NCBI GenBank assembly: GCA_028534125.1
Contig: CM052816.1
Coordinates: 55,430,001 to 55,494,000, forward strand
Direction of reading: 5' to 3'
Length of the DNA: 64,000 nt
Source: Lama glama
Lineage: Eukaryota
A program made the position numbers and the translations under genes. Of the stretch, positions 51,137-64,000 are shown piece by piece (position 1 is the stretch's first letter; each line of letters begins with the position of its first letter). Under the pieces are notes generated by a model. That model had not been told where the DNA came from and did not search any database. It saw nothing but the letters and a program-made list of their open reading frames with translations.

Positions 51137-53044
51137 GTTGTGTATATTTTTCAAGGTATCTCTGAAGGTCTTACTGAGCTTATTGTTGCGACTGACTTAT
51201 GACTGTGAAAATGCTTCTCCAGTGATTCTTCTCAGTCATTGGTGTGTATCATTATCATCTGGGGGAGATTTGACATTTTAATGTTTTTCTTGGCTCTTAT
51301 GTGACAGCTGGATTTTTATTTGAAATTCGTTTGACTACTTTATGAAAAGTAATAAACTAGCACTGTAGCAATTACCTGTCTCTTAGTGGAGTACGTGGCA
51401 TGTCTGTACTTGCTGCAATGGTTGTATGCCAGGATTATCTTGGAAACTAGTGCCCAAGCCCACAGATTAAAGATGGTCCACAGACAGCCCTCAGAATCCC
51501 TTAAGTTCATGAACCGTATGCTAGGAGTCTTTATATGGGCATGGAGGACTGTTTGGATTGTCACCACAAAGGTGAACCTGCCTTTGGACTGTGTCACCGA
51601 CATAGTTGAGAACTAATACAAACCAGGATGTGGGCTGATGGATAAGTGAGTGAAAGGTGGAGAAGGGAGGGTAAAGCTTCTTTCATTTATCTGTTCTTTA
51701 TTCTATAAAGTATAGGATCCCAAACAGCTCACTCAAAATAAGCGTTCTTTCAAGGGGGCGGACAGCCCACCTAAAACAGCCCTGCTAATGGGCAGTTGTC
51801 AACAATAGGCGTCACTCCAAGGATCTCCCCCAAAGCACATGACACAGCCCACTCAGAGCCAGCAGGCCCTCGGGTGTCTGTAAGTCACAGCTCTAGTGTC
51901 TGTTGTTCCTCTCCGTCTGTAGACGTGAAGTTTTTGTTGCTCCACAGGCTACTGCACCAGATCAACAGGCAGGACCAAAACCTTAAAACACGTGTATTTA
52001 TTCTAACACTGAAACATACTAACTGGACATTTTCCACCCAAGTTTAATTGATCTTCAAGAGATAGGACCCTTGGATTTATTCATTCTGCGTTAATGATCT
52101 TGACCGTGTTTTGATTACAACGTGCAATTTCTACTGAGTAAACCCAAAGTGTTGAATAGTCTCTTACCAATGTGAATAGGCAATCAGTGTGTCAGCCCTC
52201 TACACCTCCACCCTTAGGCTTGTTTCCTTTCCATTGCCTGTAGTACTGCTGTTATGTTGTTCCCGAGACACACACACAAGTCTTTTCCTTGCCCCCGCTC
52301 TCCAGCCTTTCAAGGCTGTCGTTTGGTATCTAAGACCCCCTGCTTTTTGCTAGCATGGAAGATAGTATTTGTTTATGTTCTGCCTTTTCCAAAAAGGATT
52401 TGAGATCTAAGCATGGAACTTGCAGTGAATTTAGATATCTTAATTCACACATGGACTTAGTTAGAATGGACTATGTAAATTTATCATCGCATCCCCTTTA
52501 CTCTTGACATTGCCGGTGCTTAGTGTGAATCGGGTGCATTGAAGTTGGCAAAGTAGGTATAAGCCTCTGACACACCCATTCTTGTGAGGTTTGCCCCAGT
52601 TTCCTTTTCACATTGTATTGACTAAAGGTTCCTGAGATGGAAGGAAGGAAGTCACCATTTGAGGGGAACCAGTTTCACTTCAGTTTGGCAAGCCCTAGAA
52701 GTATCCAGTGTTGTAGGACAGGCCATCTTTTCTAAGTCCTAATCTCATTCATCCACGTATTCTCGTAGCGTGAATTGAATGCCATTAGTGGACTGCATTC
52801 TCTTTCATCCATATTTGTTGGGTGAAATTGATCTTATTAATGTACAGTAAGAATTTTTCTGGTCTCAGATTTTTTTTTCTGATTTTTCTTTGCCTTAGTG
52901 TTTCTATATCCCAGCATATTGTATTTTCCCTGTTACAATCTTACTTGTGTACTGCCACCTTCTTAAATTAGGTATGTGTGATTAGGCATTTTATGTAAGA
53001 CTAGTTAGATTTAACTAAAAGAAAAACTTCTTTCTTCTCAGCAG

Positions 53045-53128
53045 AAAATAGCTCTGCAGTAAGAGAAACAAGGATGGAAGTTGGAAAAGGATGTGATTTA
53101 AATATTTCAAGTCATTCAAAGACAGATG
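53045..53128 (+). CDS. POC5: POC5 exon 4
   Basis: (E)NSSAVRETRMEVGKGCDLNISSHSKTD; tandem CAGCAG acceptor; donor ATG|gtatga. Confidence 0.93.
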
Positions 53129-54436
53129 GTATGACTTTTCCTTAGCTTGTTTTTATTAATATATATCATTTTGTGCTTTGGTGAATATTATCCATATAGT
53201 AAAGGAATAGTTTCAGTATATTACTTATTGACAGGATTTTTAAATGCTATTATTGCTAATTTATTAAATAACACTATTTAAAATAATTTTATGAGATGCT
53301 AACATAGTACAATTAAGATGGGTTAATGCATTATAATGTGTGGCATTTTTTCTCAAAACTAGGTTAGAGGGCAGGTATTTTAAAAGATTTAATAGGATTT
53401 CAGATAGCTTCTCCAATTTAAATTTTTTCATAAACCAATGCATTATTTCCTAATTCTCAGGCATTCTTGTACCAACTTCATGATTTTCTTCCTATCTTTA
53501 TACCACCTGTTCTATCATTTATGTATTTTTCTTTAGTTATATTCACTTTTAGCTTAAGTTCATTTTTAAAGGATATATATAATCTTTCATTATTGTTTAT
53601 AGCATGAAACTAATAAACACTTGTTATAAATAGAAAGCAGTAAAATAAATCCAGCTAAAACAAAATTGTTTAATTTTGGTTGAATACTGTTAGTGGTGGT
53701 GTGTTCAGCCTGAAGTTTGCTTTTTCTTTGTTGAAGGGAGAGATTAGCAAATGTTAGAGGTTTTAAAAGCATACAAACACCAGACTGAAACTTTTTCTTT
53801 GCCATAAAATAATTAAAATAGTAAAAATAGACTTTTCTTACTATGTGATTCAGTGTTATTTAACATAGGGACCACTTAAGCCACCACGTAAGAAATGCCT
53901 CTACCCTTTAGTTTTCTCACTTATAAATAAAAGACTTAGGACCTCCAAAGTTCTTAGGTTAATTCTAGTTTTTAAAAGGTGAGTATATATTTAAAAAAAA
54001 AAAAAGCCATGCTTTTCCCATGAGGACAGATCTAATCTAGTTGGAGTAAAAGAGAATATTCAGGTACTTTGTCATTCTGCCTTTTTCTTTGGGCTCCATA
54101 ACCATCTTCAGAACATGTAGGTAGTGTTTCATCATATGACTAGCCTGAACCATTTGTTTGATATACTTTAAAATGTATGATTCTTTTTTTATTGAAGTAT
54201 AGTTGATTTACAATGTTGTGTTAGTTTGTGGTGTACAACATAGTGGTTCAGTTATTCATATACATATTATTTTTTTAGTAAGTCTTCAATTTGCTTTCTT
54301 TCTGAATGTATTTTAGAATTTAAAAACTAAAAAAAGGTACCAAGTTAAATCTTTTTTAAGTAATACCAAAAAAAAGATAAATAATTGATTGACTACTTCA
54401 TGAGTAAACACGAAGTGAGAGATTCTTAGCTGTCTA

Positions 54437-54740
54437 CTTTTTTTTAAATTGAAGTCTAGTTGATTTACCATGTTAGTTTCTGGTGCACAGCATAGTGATT
54501 CACTTATATGTTTACATATTCTTTTTCATTATAGGTTGTTACAAGCTATTGCATACGCTCCCCTGTGTTATATAGCCCTTGTTGTTTATCTATTTTATAT
54601 ACAGTAGTTTGTATCTGCTAGTCCTACACCCCGAATTTATCTCTCCCCCACCCTCTCTCCCCGTTGGTAACTGTAAGTTTGTTTTCTGTGTCTGTGAGTC
54701 TGTTTCTGTTTTGTAAATAGGTTTGTTTGTACATTTGTTG
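54437..54740 (-). mobile_element. LINE-1 3' end
   Basis: Poly-T then 'aattgaagtctagttgatttacc...gtgagtctgtttctgttttgtaaatag'. Confidence 0.85.
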
Positions 54741-55717
54741 ATATATTTTTATGCAAAATATATGTATTAGGGAATGATTTTTCCTTTTGCAAATGATTCT
54801 TGAAAGTTTTAGTTTTAAGTATGAAGTTCTATAGTAGATTTATCTTTCATTCATTCAGTAAGGACAAGAGGAGAGCCCTTTAATCTTGGTTATTAGGACT
54901 CTTATAAGTGAGATACATGAGAAATTATGATGAATAGTCTGTAATTCCAACATATGTGTGTGATAAAAGCTACTTTTCTATTTTTGTTCTTTTTAGAAAT
55001 GAATACCAGTTCTCTTTCTGGCTCTGGCTCTCAGCCCCACCCCCATGTACATGGGCAGGGGATGGGAGTTAGGTATATATGTACATACATACATGTAGAC
55101 ACATGTATTTCTCACCTATATATTGAAAGCTAACAGGGTGCCTTACAACTACCTGACAAACTAAATTGCTAGTCTCTTATAATGTTGAATTTTAATAGTG
55201 TTAAAACCCACCCCACTGTTTTGCATAAAGTAATAATGACTTACATACAGCCACTCTGATCTTGGTCAATTACTGAACCCTTTCTAAACCTCGGCTTCCT
55301 CATCAGTAAAATGGAGATAATACCTTTTTCTTAGAGTAGTATGTATTATGAGAGCCAAACCTTATAATGTTTTTATTACAGGAACATAGAAAGCACTTAG
55401 TAAATGCTGATATGAAAATGTGGATGATAATACTTTCAGCTCAGACTGCACCTGGGTATATATGAAACATCCTCATTTGTGATAAAGGTCATTTTCGGGT
55501 GGGGAGGGAGGTGTGGGAAGCATCTCTTAACAGTCAGTTTTAAGTCAGTGACAATAGTGACATTTAAAATAGCCAGATTAAATACACTGAAAGGACATTT
55601 CTCTGTATTTTCCTCGGCCTCCACAGATGACTGACATCTAGCCTTCTAACAGAACTCCATACCGATTTGGGTTATTTTCAATTTGGCTTGACCACTCCAA
55701 CTTTTCTTTTATTCTAG

Positions 55718-55923
55718 GGTCATCACCAGTGTCATCCCCAAGGAAGCCGCCTCACCCGGTCATGGATTTTTTTAGTTCGAATCTTTTAGGTGACTCTTCG
55801 TCACCAGGGTCTAATTCTAGTCATATAGATGTCCATGAAGTAGTTGTGAGTGATTTTCTTATTTCTGATGAAAACCTTCAGAAGATGGAAAATGTACTTG
55901 ATCTTTGGAGTTCAGGTCTTAAG
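55718..55923 (+). CDS. POC5: POC5 exon 5
   Basis: [20 protein letters not shown]...[19 protein letters not shown]; tag|GG ... AAG|gtatac. Confidence 0.96.
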
Positions 55924-56573
55924 GTATACGTAGTTCAGTTACAATTGTTTAATATGTATTGTCACAGCTTTGCTCTTGATTCCACTGTTTATTCTTCTGT
56001 TCTTTGAATTAAGGAGTTTTGTGTTTTGTTTTGTTTTGTTTAAATTTTATAGTTGCCTGAGATCAGTCCAGTGTCTTAATCTGTGCTTCTATGATCTGGG
56101 CTGCTCAGTCTTTAACGTCCATATGAATCACCTGGGGATTCTGTCAAGCTGCCCTTCTTATTCAGTAGGTCTTGGCCACAGCCCAAGATGATGCGTTTCT
56201 AACAAGCTCCCAGGTGATGGTTCAGAAACCAAACTTTTAAAGAGCAGGGTTTTAAGTAGTTGCTAGGACAGCTCTGCGTGTTCCACTGAACCGTCAGATG
56301 TTTTGAAAGGCTCAGCCTATGTGTGACTGGGAGAGATGCCTACTGAACGTTTCCAACTTCAGAGCTATGGCTAATAGAGATGGCTCCTTTTATATGAATC
56401 ACAAGATGCAATTTTAGCAATGTATATTCATTTTATAGCCATCCTTATAGTAACCACAGTTATATAACTGATAAATCGATAAAAATTGATTTTTATTTTG
56501 TTGATGTTAGTAGACTAAGTAAAACAAAGTATTATAGACATGGCAGTTTTTTTGCTATTTAAAAGAAAATGTT

Positions 56574-56725
56574 GGGAGGGTAAGTTCAGTGATAGAGTGC
56601 ATGCTTAGCCTGCACAAGGTCCTTGGTTCAATCCCGAGTACCTCCATTAAAAAATAATAATAAATAAATAAATAAGCAAGCAAGCAAGCTTAATTACTCC
56701 TCCTCAAACAAATAAATAAAAAGAA
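56574..56725 (+). mobile_element. Vic-1-like SINE
   Basis: tRNA-Ala-like head followed by an (AATA)n tail. Confidence 0.85.
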
Positions 56726-57573
56726 ATTGCCACGTAAAAAAATAAAATATAATATAATGGAGAAAATGATAATTTTTTTGAAACATAGTTTGAGAAAACT
56801 GAGTATTCACATGAATGGAGAAATTATGGTCATGAGAGTTTTGTGGCATTTATATTCCTCTGTTATTTGGAAGCTTAAATTCTAAAAGTAATTATTTAAT
56901 ATAATTTCTACCATCTTTCCCCATGGAACAAGTTTCAGATTTCTAATCATGATGTAAGTCCATCGGAGTAGCGTACCACCAATCATTTAAAAAATTGTTC
57001 TGTCTTCAGTTAACCATACTGCTGTCCAGTGTTTTGATGACATGATTGTTCTTTTTACTTGGATCGGTCAGTGGGATGAAAAGGGAGCAGACTTGGCATT
57101 TGGCTGTAAGGAGGCTCTTGTGATAAAGGATTTGGAGGAAGGAAGCTTCAACTCCGATAGTTTTCACTATTCATGCCTATCTCAATAACGTCCCAGTCCT
57201 GTGGCTCAGCCTAGGCCATGGTCCTGCATTTCATTTTCCCTCTGGTCCACCTTCGTATGGACATTTCAGTCCTTGACTGAACAAAGTACCTGCTTATTAA
57301 TGAATGAGACCTAAAAAAATTTTAAATGACACTAAGATTTCATACAAAGTAACTTAAAATAGGAAAAAAACCATTTGCTTAGTATGGTGAACATGAGTCA
57401 AGAAGAGCCATGACTGTCAAACTTGCAAAAGTTTTCATTAGTGGATTTTTAAAAATAGCTCTTATGTTGATGGCTTGTTCTGATTTTCAAAAAATATTTC
57501 TTGATTTCAGTGTCATTTTAAGAAGTAGTGTTAAGGAACAAACTACTTAATTGTCAATATATTTATTTTTCAG

Positions 57574-57750
57574 ACAAACATCATATCTGAACTAAGTAAA
57601 TGGAGGCTTAATTTTGTTGACTGGCACCGAACGGAAATGAAAAAAGAGAAAGAAAAACATGCAGCAGATTTAAAACAACTGTGCAACCAGATCAACAGCT
57701 TGAAGGAGCTACAAAAAACCTATGAGGTCTCCATTGGGAGAAAAGATGAG
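57574..57750 (+). CDS. POC5: POC5 exon 6
   Basis: [59 protein letters not shown]; cag|ACA ... GAG|gtcttt. Confidence 0.95.
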
Positions 57751-59405
57751 GTCTTTTTTTTTTTATATATTACTTTTTAACTGAGATTCAGTAAATGTCT
57801 TGCTAAGTAATAAATGCCGGGAACTGATTATTGAGATCATATGAGCTACAAAGTGAAGATCACTTCAGAAACTGGTGGAAAAATAGGTGCATAGAAAGAT
57901 TTATTCTTCATATTATGCCAGCATCATGTCATTTTACCTTTGCCATCAACTTCAGTGTGTTTGAAATGTTAAGAGTACATACTAAATGTGAGAACGCTAG
58001 TTTTTTCCCCCAGTCTTTTCTTCCTAACTGTCCTTAAGAGAATGTCAGGGAACCAGCATTACCCACATTTTAAACCATCATTTTAGGGGGACATAAGTGT
58101 CTGGCATTCTGTCTATAATGATGTCTTTATTCATTGATGAAGTCCTTTCTTCATTGTGTTGATAAGCATGAGAGCACCGTTGATCTCTGCAGCCTCTTAA
58201 GAACCTGAGAGTAACATTCGAGTCTGGGCTAATCTGATGCCTCCTAACAGCACCTTGAACAAAGCAGATGGGCACCAAGTCTGTAGCTCCCCCAAGGGGG
58301 TGGTGGCTCCTCCAGGGGGTGGTGGCTTTCAGAGGAGAGGGACTCACAGCAGATACCTCAGCGACTTGTCTGCAGATGCAGCCCTCATGTTTCAGTGAAC
58401 TAGATAAGATTATGAGCTTTTTTTTTTAACATACTTTTTTTGGGTGTTGTGGGGTGCAATATAAAATTGAACATTTTACACAGTTTGATTTTTGAAACAA
58501 TAGATACTGATGTGTCATTTTCTCTGTAACCCTCAAAACTCTGTCCTAAGGTTGTTAAATATTTTTTGAGTAATTTTTTTATTTCAAAGTATCACAAAAA
58601 GAGTGTATGTGCATGTCCAGTTTTTGAAAACAAATAAAGTGAACAGCCATGTGCCACCAAACAGCTTAAGAAATAGAATATTACTGATATCTTAGAATTC
58701 ATGCCCTTTTACACTTTTGAAATTAAAGAACCAGAATAAATGTCTCTCAGTAAATATACCTAATTTACTAAATCTCTTTTTAATATGACCATTTTTAGAT
58801 ATGTATTTCAGTTATCCAGTTCTTTATAAGAGAGAATATTACCTTAGGATTTAAAAGCCATGACAGTTTTTTTTGAAAAGAACAAGAATGATATTGCTGA
58901 AAAGTTACATCAAAGTGTAGCTGTTAATTATTTGCTTTTTTGAGTTTTCTGAATCTCAAAAATCATTAAACAGTTATTGAGGAACTGCTAATCCAGAGTA
59001 CCAAAGGTATTTAGGGACTAGAAAGATATTTTACAACTGGTCTCTGTCCTCAAGTCTAGTGAATAAAAACGTTTTGTTTATGTAGCAACACTCTCAAATG
59101 TGTGGTTGTTTTTTCCTGAATTAAATGCCAGTGATCATATTAATTTTCATACACATAAACTCTTTATTGAGGATTACCAGGATACACATAATGAAGATTC
59201 TTCGCTCTTTTGTTCTCCTTCATTCATTGATGTGTAGTGTATTCATGTGGGGAAGTTTTTTGGTCTTTTTAAAGATGATAATGAGATTATCTGGATGAAT
59301 ATAGTGATAGGTATTCTCTCTAGCAGTTTTTGATAAATGAAAAAATCACTTTACCAGTTGCTGTTATTGTAATATCACAATGATTGGGTTAATTGCTGTT
59401 TACAG

Positions 59406-59510
59406 GTGATTTCTAGCTTGTCTCAAGCCTTAGGCAAGCAAAAGGAAAGGACAGAGTTGATGAGAACATTCTGCCACTGGCGAATCGGCCTTGTCAAATC
59501 CAAACAAGAT
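59406..59510 (+). CDS. POC5: POC5 exon 7
   Basis: [35 protein letters not shown] (centrin-binding-repeat-like FxxW); cag|GTG ... GAT|gtaagt. Confidence 0.96.
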
Positions 59511-61059
59511 GTAAGTGCACAAAAGGAAGGATCACTGACCCTTACTAGACTTCTGAACTCAGAAGCACTTGAAGTCACATATGAGAACTCTTGTTCAAGT
59601 CAAAGGAAGATTTGTTTTCTAATAAATAAAAAAAAAATTAGTTTAATGTTACTCTTATTTCACAGGAACTTGATTTCAGTATAGTTTGGGTAAAAATACT
59701 TCTTGTATTTTGTAGACTTACTGATACATCATTTACTACTTCATATTAGGTTAATAAGGACTGTACCTGAATTACAGATGTCCTGGTGATGGAACCCCTT
59801 TAACAAATTTGACCTCAGGTGTGATTACATTAATTTAGCATCTTTAGCGTATCATACGCTTCTTGTATTGTTTCTGTTTCTAAAATGCCTGACTACATCA
59901 TCTTCATAAAGAGGCAGTACTATATTTATACGTCATAAAATTATGTAAATGTTTGTTTTGAAAACTTACCTTAGTAAGAGTCAAAGAAATCCATGTCTGT
60001 AAAGCTTTTTAAAAATTATCCTTAGTTTATATATAATTTAAACTTGAATTCTTTTATTTTAATTAAATAAGAGCTGAATCAGTATATTAGAGTAAATATA
60101 AACTGAGAATAGTAAATTATCATACCAGAAGTAGAAAACTATGAAAGCATGTATGTATCCCACAAGAAGACAGAGTACAGAGACTTACGAGTGTAGGGGA
60201 TGGAGATATATCCATATATATATATATTTTTTTTCATATGATGCTCATGTGAGCCGTGGAGTAACCTCTGTGCATTTAGTTCCAAGAAATTGCTGTTTAA
60301 CAAAAAGGCTGTTACTATCATGGAATAGGACTTCTCCTTTAAGAATATTTCCTAGTACTTTTTCAAAAACTTAATCCCAATAGATTAAATCTACATTAAT
60401 CATATTAAAAAAAGCAATTTTAAATTGAGCCATATTTTGAAAGTTATTTATCAGGTGACATAATGGGAATATATTCTGTTCAAATGTTAGTTGAAATAGT
60501 TGAAGTTGCCGTTACTTTTTGAATTAAAAAAAATTTTAAGAAAATTAAAAATTGAAACTGCTTCTTCAAAAGAATTTAAGTTTATCGATAAAAGAAGAAC
60601 AGCGTATGTTCCTATTGGGATCAGTCTGGTACTACATAGGACTGTATATTAAATTAATCTGCTTATGGTGGTGGCCACGGCCACCACTCTTGCTGCCATC
60701 CAGGCCCTGGTCCTGCTAATCAGCTAAAAGGTCAGGCACATTCATACCCAAGATGGCAAGTCGCAAGTTACTTATTGTCTTTCATTTGGTTTTTTGTTTT
60801 TCCCCTAATTTGATTAGTTGCATGAAGCAATGATGGGCAAGAGCTTTGGCTCTGGAATGAGGCAAGGCTGGCTTTTCCCTTTCTGCCTCTGTGACCTGGG
60901 CCCCTAACCTCTGTAAGCCTGTTCTCCCATCTGCAGATGAGAATAACTTGATTACACCAGATTTAATGATGTGTTTGTACCCTGCTTATCACAGGGTTAT
61001 GTTTTTATTATTATTGCCAGTCCACTGTGCTTTTGAGGTTGTAAATTTCTTTCCCTTAG

Positions 61060-61239
61060 GTCTATGAAAGTAAACTAGCTGACCAGTACTTCCAGAGAAC
61101 TTTACTGAAGAAAGTCTGGAGGGGCTGGCGCTCCATAGTACAAAAACAGTGGAAGGAGGTGGTGGAACGAGCTTGCCAAGCAAGAGCCGAGGAAATTTGT
61201 GTCCAGATTTCCAATGACTATGAAGCCAAACTTGCTGTG
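61060..61239 (+). CDS. POC5: POC5 exon 8
   Basis: [60 protein letters not shown]; tag|GTC ... GTG|gtaaac. Confidence 0.96.
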
Positions 61240-62445
61240 GTAAACTTATTTTGTTTTAGTTTTCACTTTAATAAATATAAAAAAGGTGAGTAGCACCACT
61301 CACTGTTAGTTTATAGTTAGGCAAGTGACCCACGTCTCCAGTTCCAGTGAACGCAGTGCGGGTTCAGATGAGACTGTTGGGAGAGAACAGCCCTAGTAAG
61401 TCACACTTACAGACTTATGTATCCTTTTAATTTTTTTTTTTCAATTTATGAAGTCACTTTAAAAAAAATTATTTTAAATAGTTACAGCTTTGCCCTCCAG
61501 CCTTGTGTGGAATCTCTTGTGTGTACATTTCTCTTAGAAATGCACATCACCCACAGGCCCTTCCCCCTCTGAGGAAGCGTACTTCTTGGGCTTCCTCTGG
61601 CCTTTGTTTAGCCAAAAAAGTAAAGAACAAGAACAATGTTTATCCTCATGTTCGTTTAAATAAACTATGTATTTAATACGATTGATGTAAAGCAGTTGTA
61701 TATAAATTGAGGTTATCTTCCTATTGACTTGTAGTATTAAAATTAACATTGTTTCCATGGGAAAACATTTGAGACCCAAATGAAAATAAAAGCCATACCA
61801 AAGAATGCAGTAAGCATTCTGAAAGCAAATATTAAAAGGAAAAATTTTTTTCATCATTTTAACACTAAATTCTTAATGTTAAAAACAATTTTTACTATGC
61901 AAATGATTTTCTGCAATTGAAAATAACATGCAAAAAATGCAGTCCTGTTAGATGTGGTCTGTGGGAAAGTGTTGTACCTAATGTCACTTTGCACTTTAAG
62001 TTCTGTAGATGACATTTAGTGAAAAAAAATTCTGTCATTGTTCCAGGCATTTAGTTATTTTTTTTCTAAAGGAGTGAGAGCTGTTAAGGTGTCTTAATGT
62101 ATTTTGTTTTATATCCTGATACATAAAAATTTTATGGTAAGAAATAATATCTTTTTTGTGTAATTAAAATATATCAGTCTTCAGTGGGACTGGTATAAAA
62201 TTCCCCTTGTTTAAACCTTGACTTTATGGTTAGGAATGAAAATGGTTTGTTGATGGAGGCAATAGAGGTAAGAAGCACCTTTTAAAATAAATTGAGACAC
62301 AGCAGAAGAGGTATGTGGTAAAGTGATTTTAGTATTCCACATAAAAATAACTTTAGAGTATAAGTCTATTTTTTAAACAATAAATGATACTTTTTCTTGT
62401 GTCTCAATTTTTTTTTCTGCTTTTTAAAAATTCTCCTGATGTTAG

Positions 62446-62599
62446 TTATCTGGAGCTTTGGAAAATGCAAAAGCTGAGATCCAAAGGATGCAGCATGAAA
62501 AAGAGCACTTTGAAGATTCCATGAAGAAAGCTTTCATGAGGGGTGTGTGTGCGTTAAATCTTGAAGCCATGACTATATTTCAAAACAGAGGTGATGCAG
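62446..62599 (+). CDS. POC5: POC5 exon 9 (gene continues beyond the window)
   Basis: [51 protein letters not shown]; tag|TTA ... CAG|gttagt. Confidence 0.96.
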
Positions 62600-63956
62600 G
62601 TTAGTATTTTAAGATTCTCTGCCTACTTTCAGAAAAAATTAGAGGAGATTTCAGTAATTTGTATGGTCTACAGTACTAATTTTCTGCAAAACCTATGTCT
62701 TATTCCAGACACTGGTATTTTTAATATCATGGTGTCATGTCCAATTTTGAATCTGCCATGAAATTCTCTCAGTTGTGGTTACTTACAGTATCTTTGATCT
62801 GATGGAGTAAACTGTTGACTCTTAAGTATTTAAGCTCAATGTTAGAATAATGCTATGAATGTGTCACATTATTTTAATGCTCTATTAACTGTAATGGTAA
62901 CGCCTTTAAGGGTAGGATCTCTTTCTGTTCTTTTCTGATAGCCAAATTCCTTGGACTGTTTTGTTGATTGAATATTTCTTGTCTAGTCATGGTTTCCCAT
63001 TTTTTAAAATTGCTTGTCTTCCAGTGTAAGGGGCCTCAACTAATACTCATTTTCAACAGATATAAATATAGTCCTATCTATAGAAGTCGAGTAAAATAAT
63101 TTTATTTTAAGAAAAGTCGATACATTGCTGGGATCTGAGTGGTTTTTGTCATCAGCCTGGCTTAGAACAGCAATTTACAGTGGGGCCTGTTTTTCTCACT
63201 GGGTTTTTAGTTTTCTTCTCTGAACAAAGAAGATAATATAAATCTTCCTTACCTGCGTCATAGAGGGTTCTTGTGGGAATGCACTGATACGTAGTCAAAA
63301 GCACTTTAAAAGGCAAAAAATACTTTTAACTTGTAAAATGACAGTCATGAGACAGTTGTTGCAGTCTTACATCAGCCTCTTAAGTTACATGTATGTACAT
63401 GAACATGTTTGCCATATTTCCTCATATTAAATCCTGTTTGAGACTCACAGTTTATCAAGGAAACAGTTTCATTTTGTAACATCATTAACATGATTTCAGT
63501 TCCATGAATAACCTCTTTGTGCTTGTTATGTCCTCATTTTAAAGCATTTATTATTTAAATTGTGTGCATGGTGGATGGTAGTGAGTTAAGGCAAATCGTT
63601 TTCTCCCTGAAGCAGTCATGGCACGTGGCCCACAGTCAAGTTAGAAACTTAGAATCATGGAATCTCCAGGTGGAATGGTTTATCCTGCTAATACCCAAAT
63701 GAGTACTTAATTTCTCCAATAAATGGCCTTTTAATTGAGTATTAATGCTGAAAACAAACTCACCATCTTCAGTGATTGAATCGTCTGCTTTTGGTTGTAA
63801 TTATTAGCAAGTTGTATAGATTAAATTGAAGAATTTAATTATCTGCTTGTAGCAGATACTGGGTCTCACAAGTAAAATGAGAAAATATAATCATTAGAAC
63901 TTGCTACATTCAATTGCAAGAAATCTATTTCTCATAACCTTCTTAAGAAGATATTG

Positions 63957-64000
63957 AGGAGGAGGGGATAGCTCAAGTGATAGAGCACATGCTTAGCATG
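63957..64000 (+). mobile_element. Start of a Vic-1-like SINE (cut by the window end)
   Basis: 'ggaggggatagctcaagtgatagagcacatgcttagcatg'. Confidence 0.8.

Noticed and set aside
1..64000. Prokaryote-type systems (CRISPR arrays, operons)
   Set aside because: The sequence is mammalian, and no regularly spaced repeat-spacer array was seen.

Overview
Mammalian genomic DNA, most likely camelid given the Vic-1-like tRNA-Ala SINEs, and rich in transposable elements. The right third holds the 5' part of POC5 on the + strand: a CpG-island promoter with CCAAT-CCAAT-CHR architecture, a non-coding exon 1 and coding exons 2-9. The gene continues beyond the window. The most unusual feature is at ~7.35-11.6 kb on the minus strand. 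Once LTR, L2 and SINE insertions are removed, the non-repeat DNA translates, with stops and frameshifts, into ordered motifs matching bornavirus N, G and M proteins. The order is N...G-M, as in Carbovirus/Cultervirus. A weak P-like hint lies further upstream. This endogenous bornavirus-like cluster lies 6-11 kb downstream of a second CpG island at ~18 kb that appears LTR-derived and has minus-strand splice donors, suggesting a host transcript reading through it. All viral and repeat assignments are by-eye comparisons to remembered sequences and need tBLASTn/HMM and RepeatMasker confirmation. A 500-N gap with a duplicated 199-bp flank is probably an assembly artefact.
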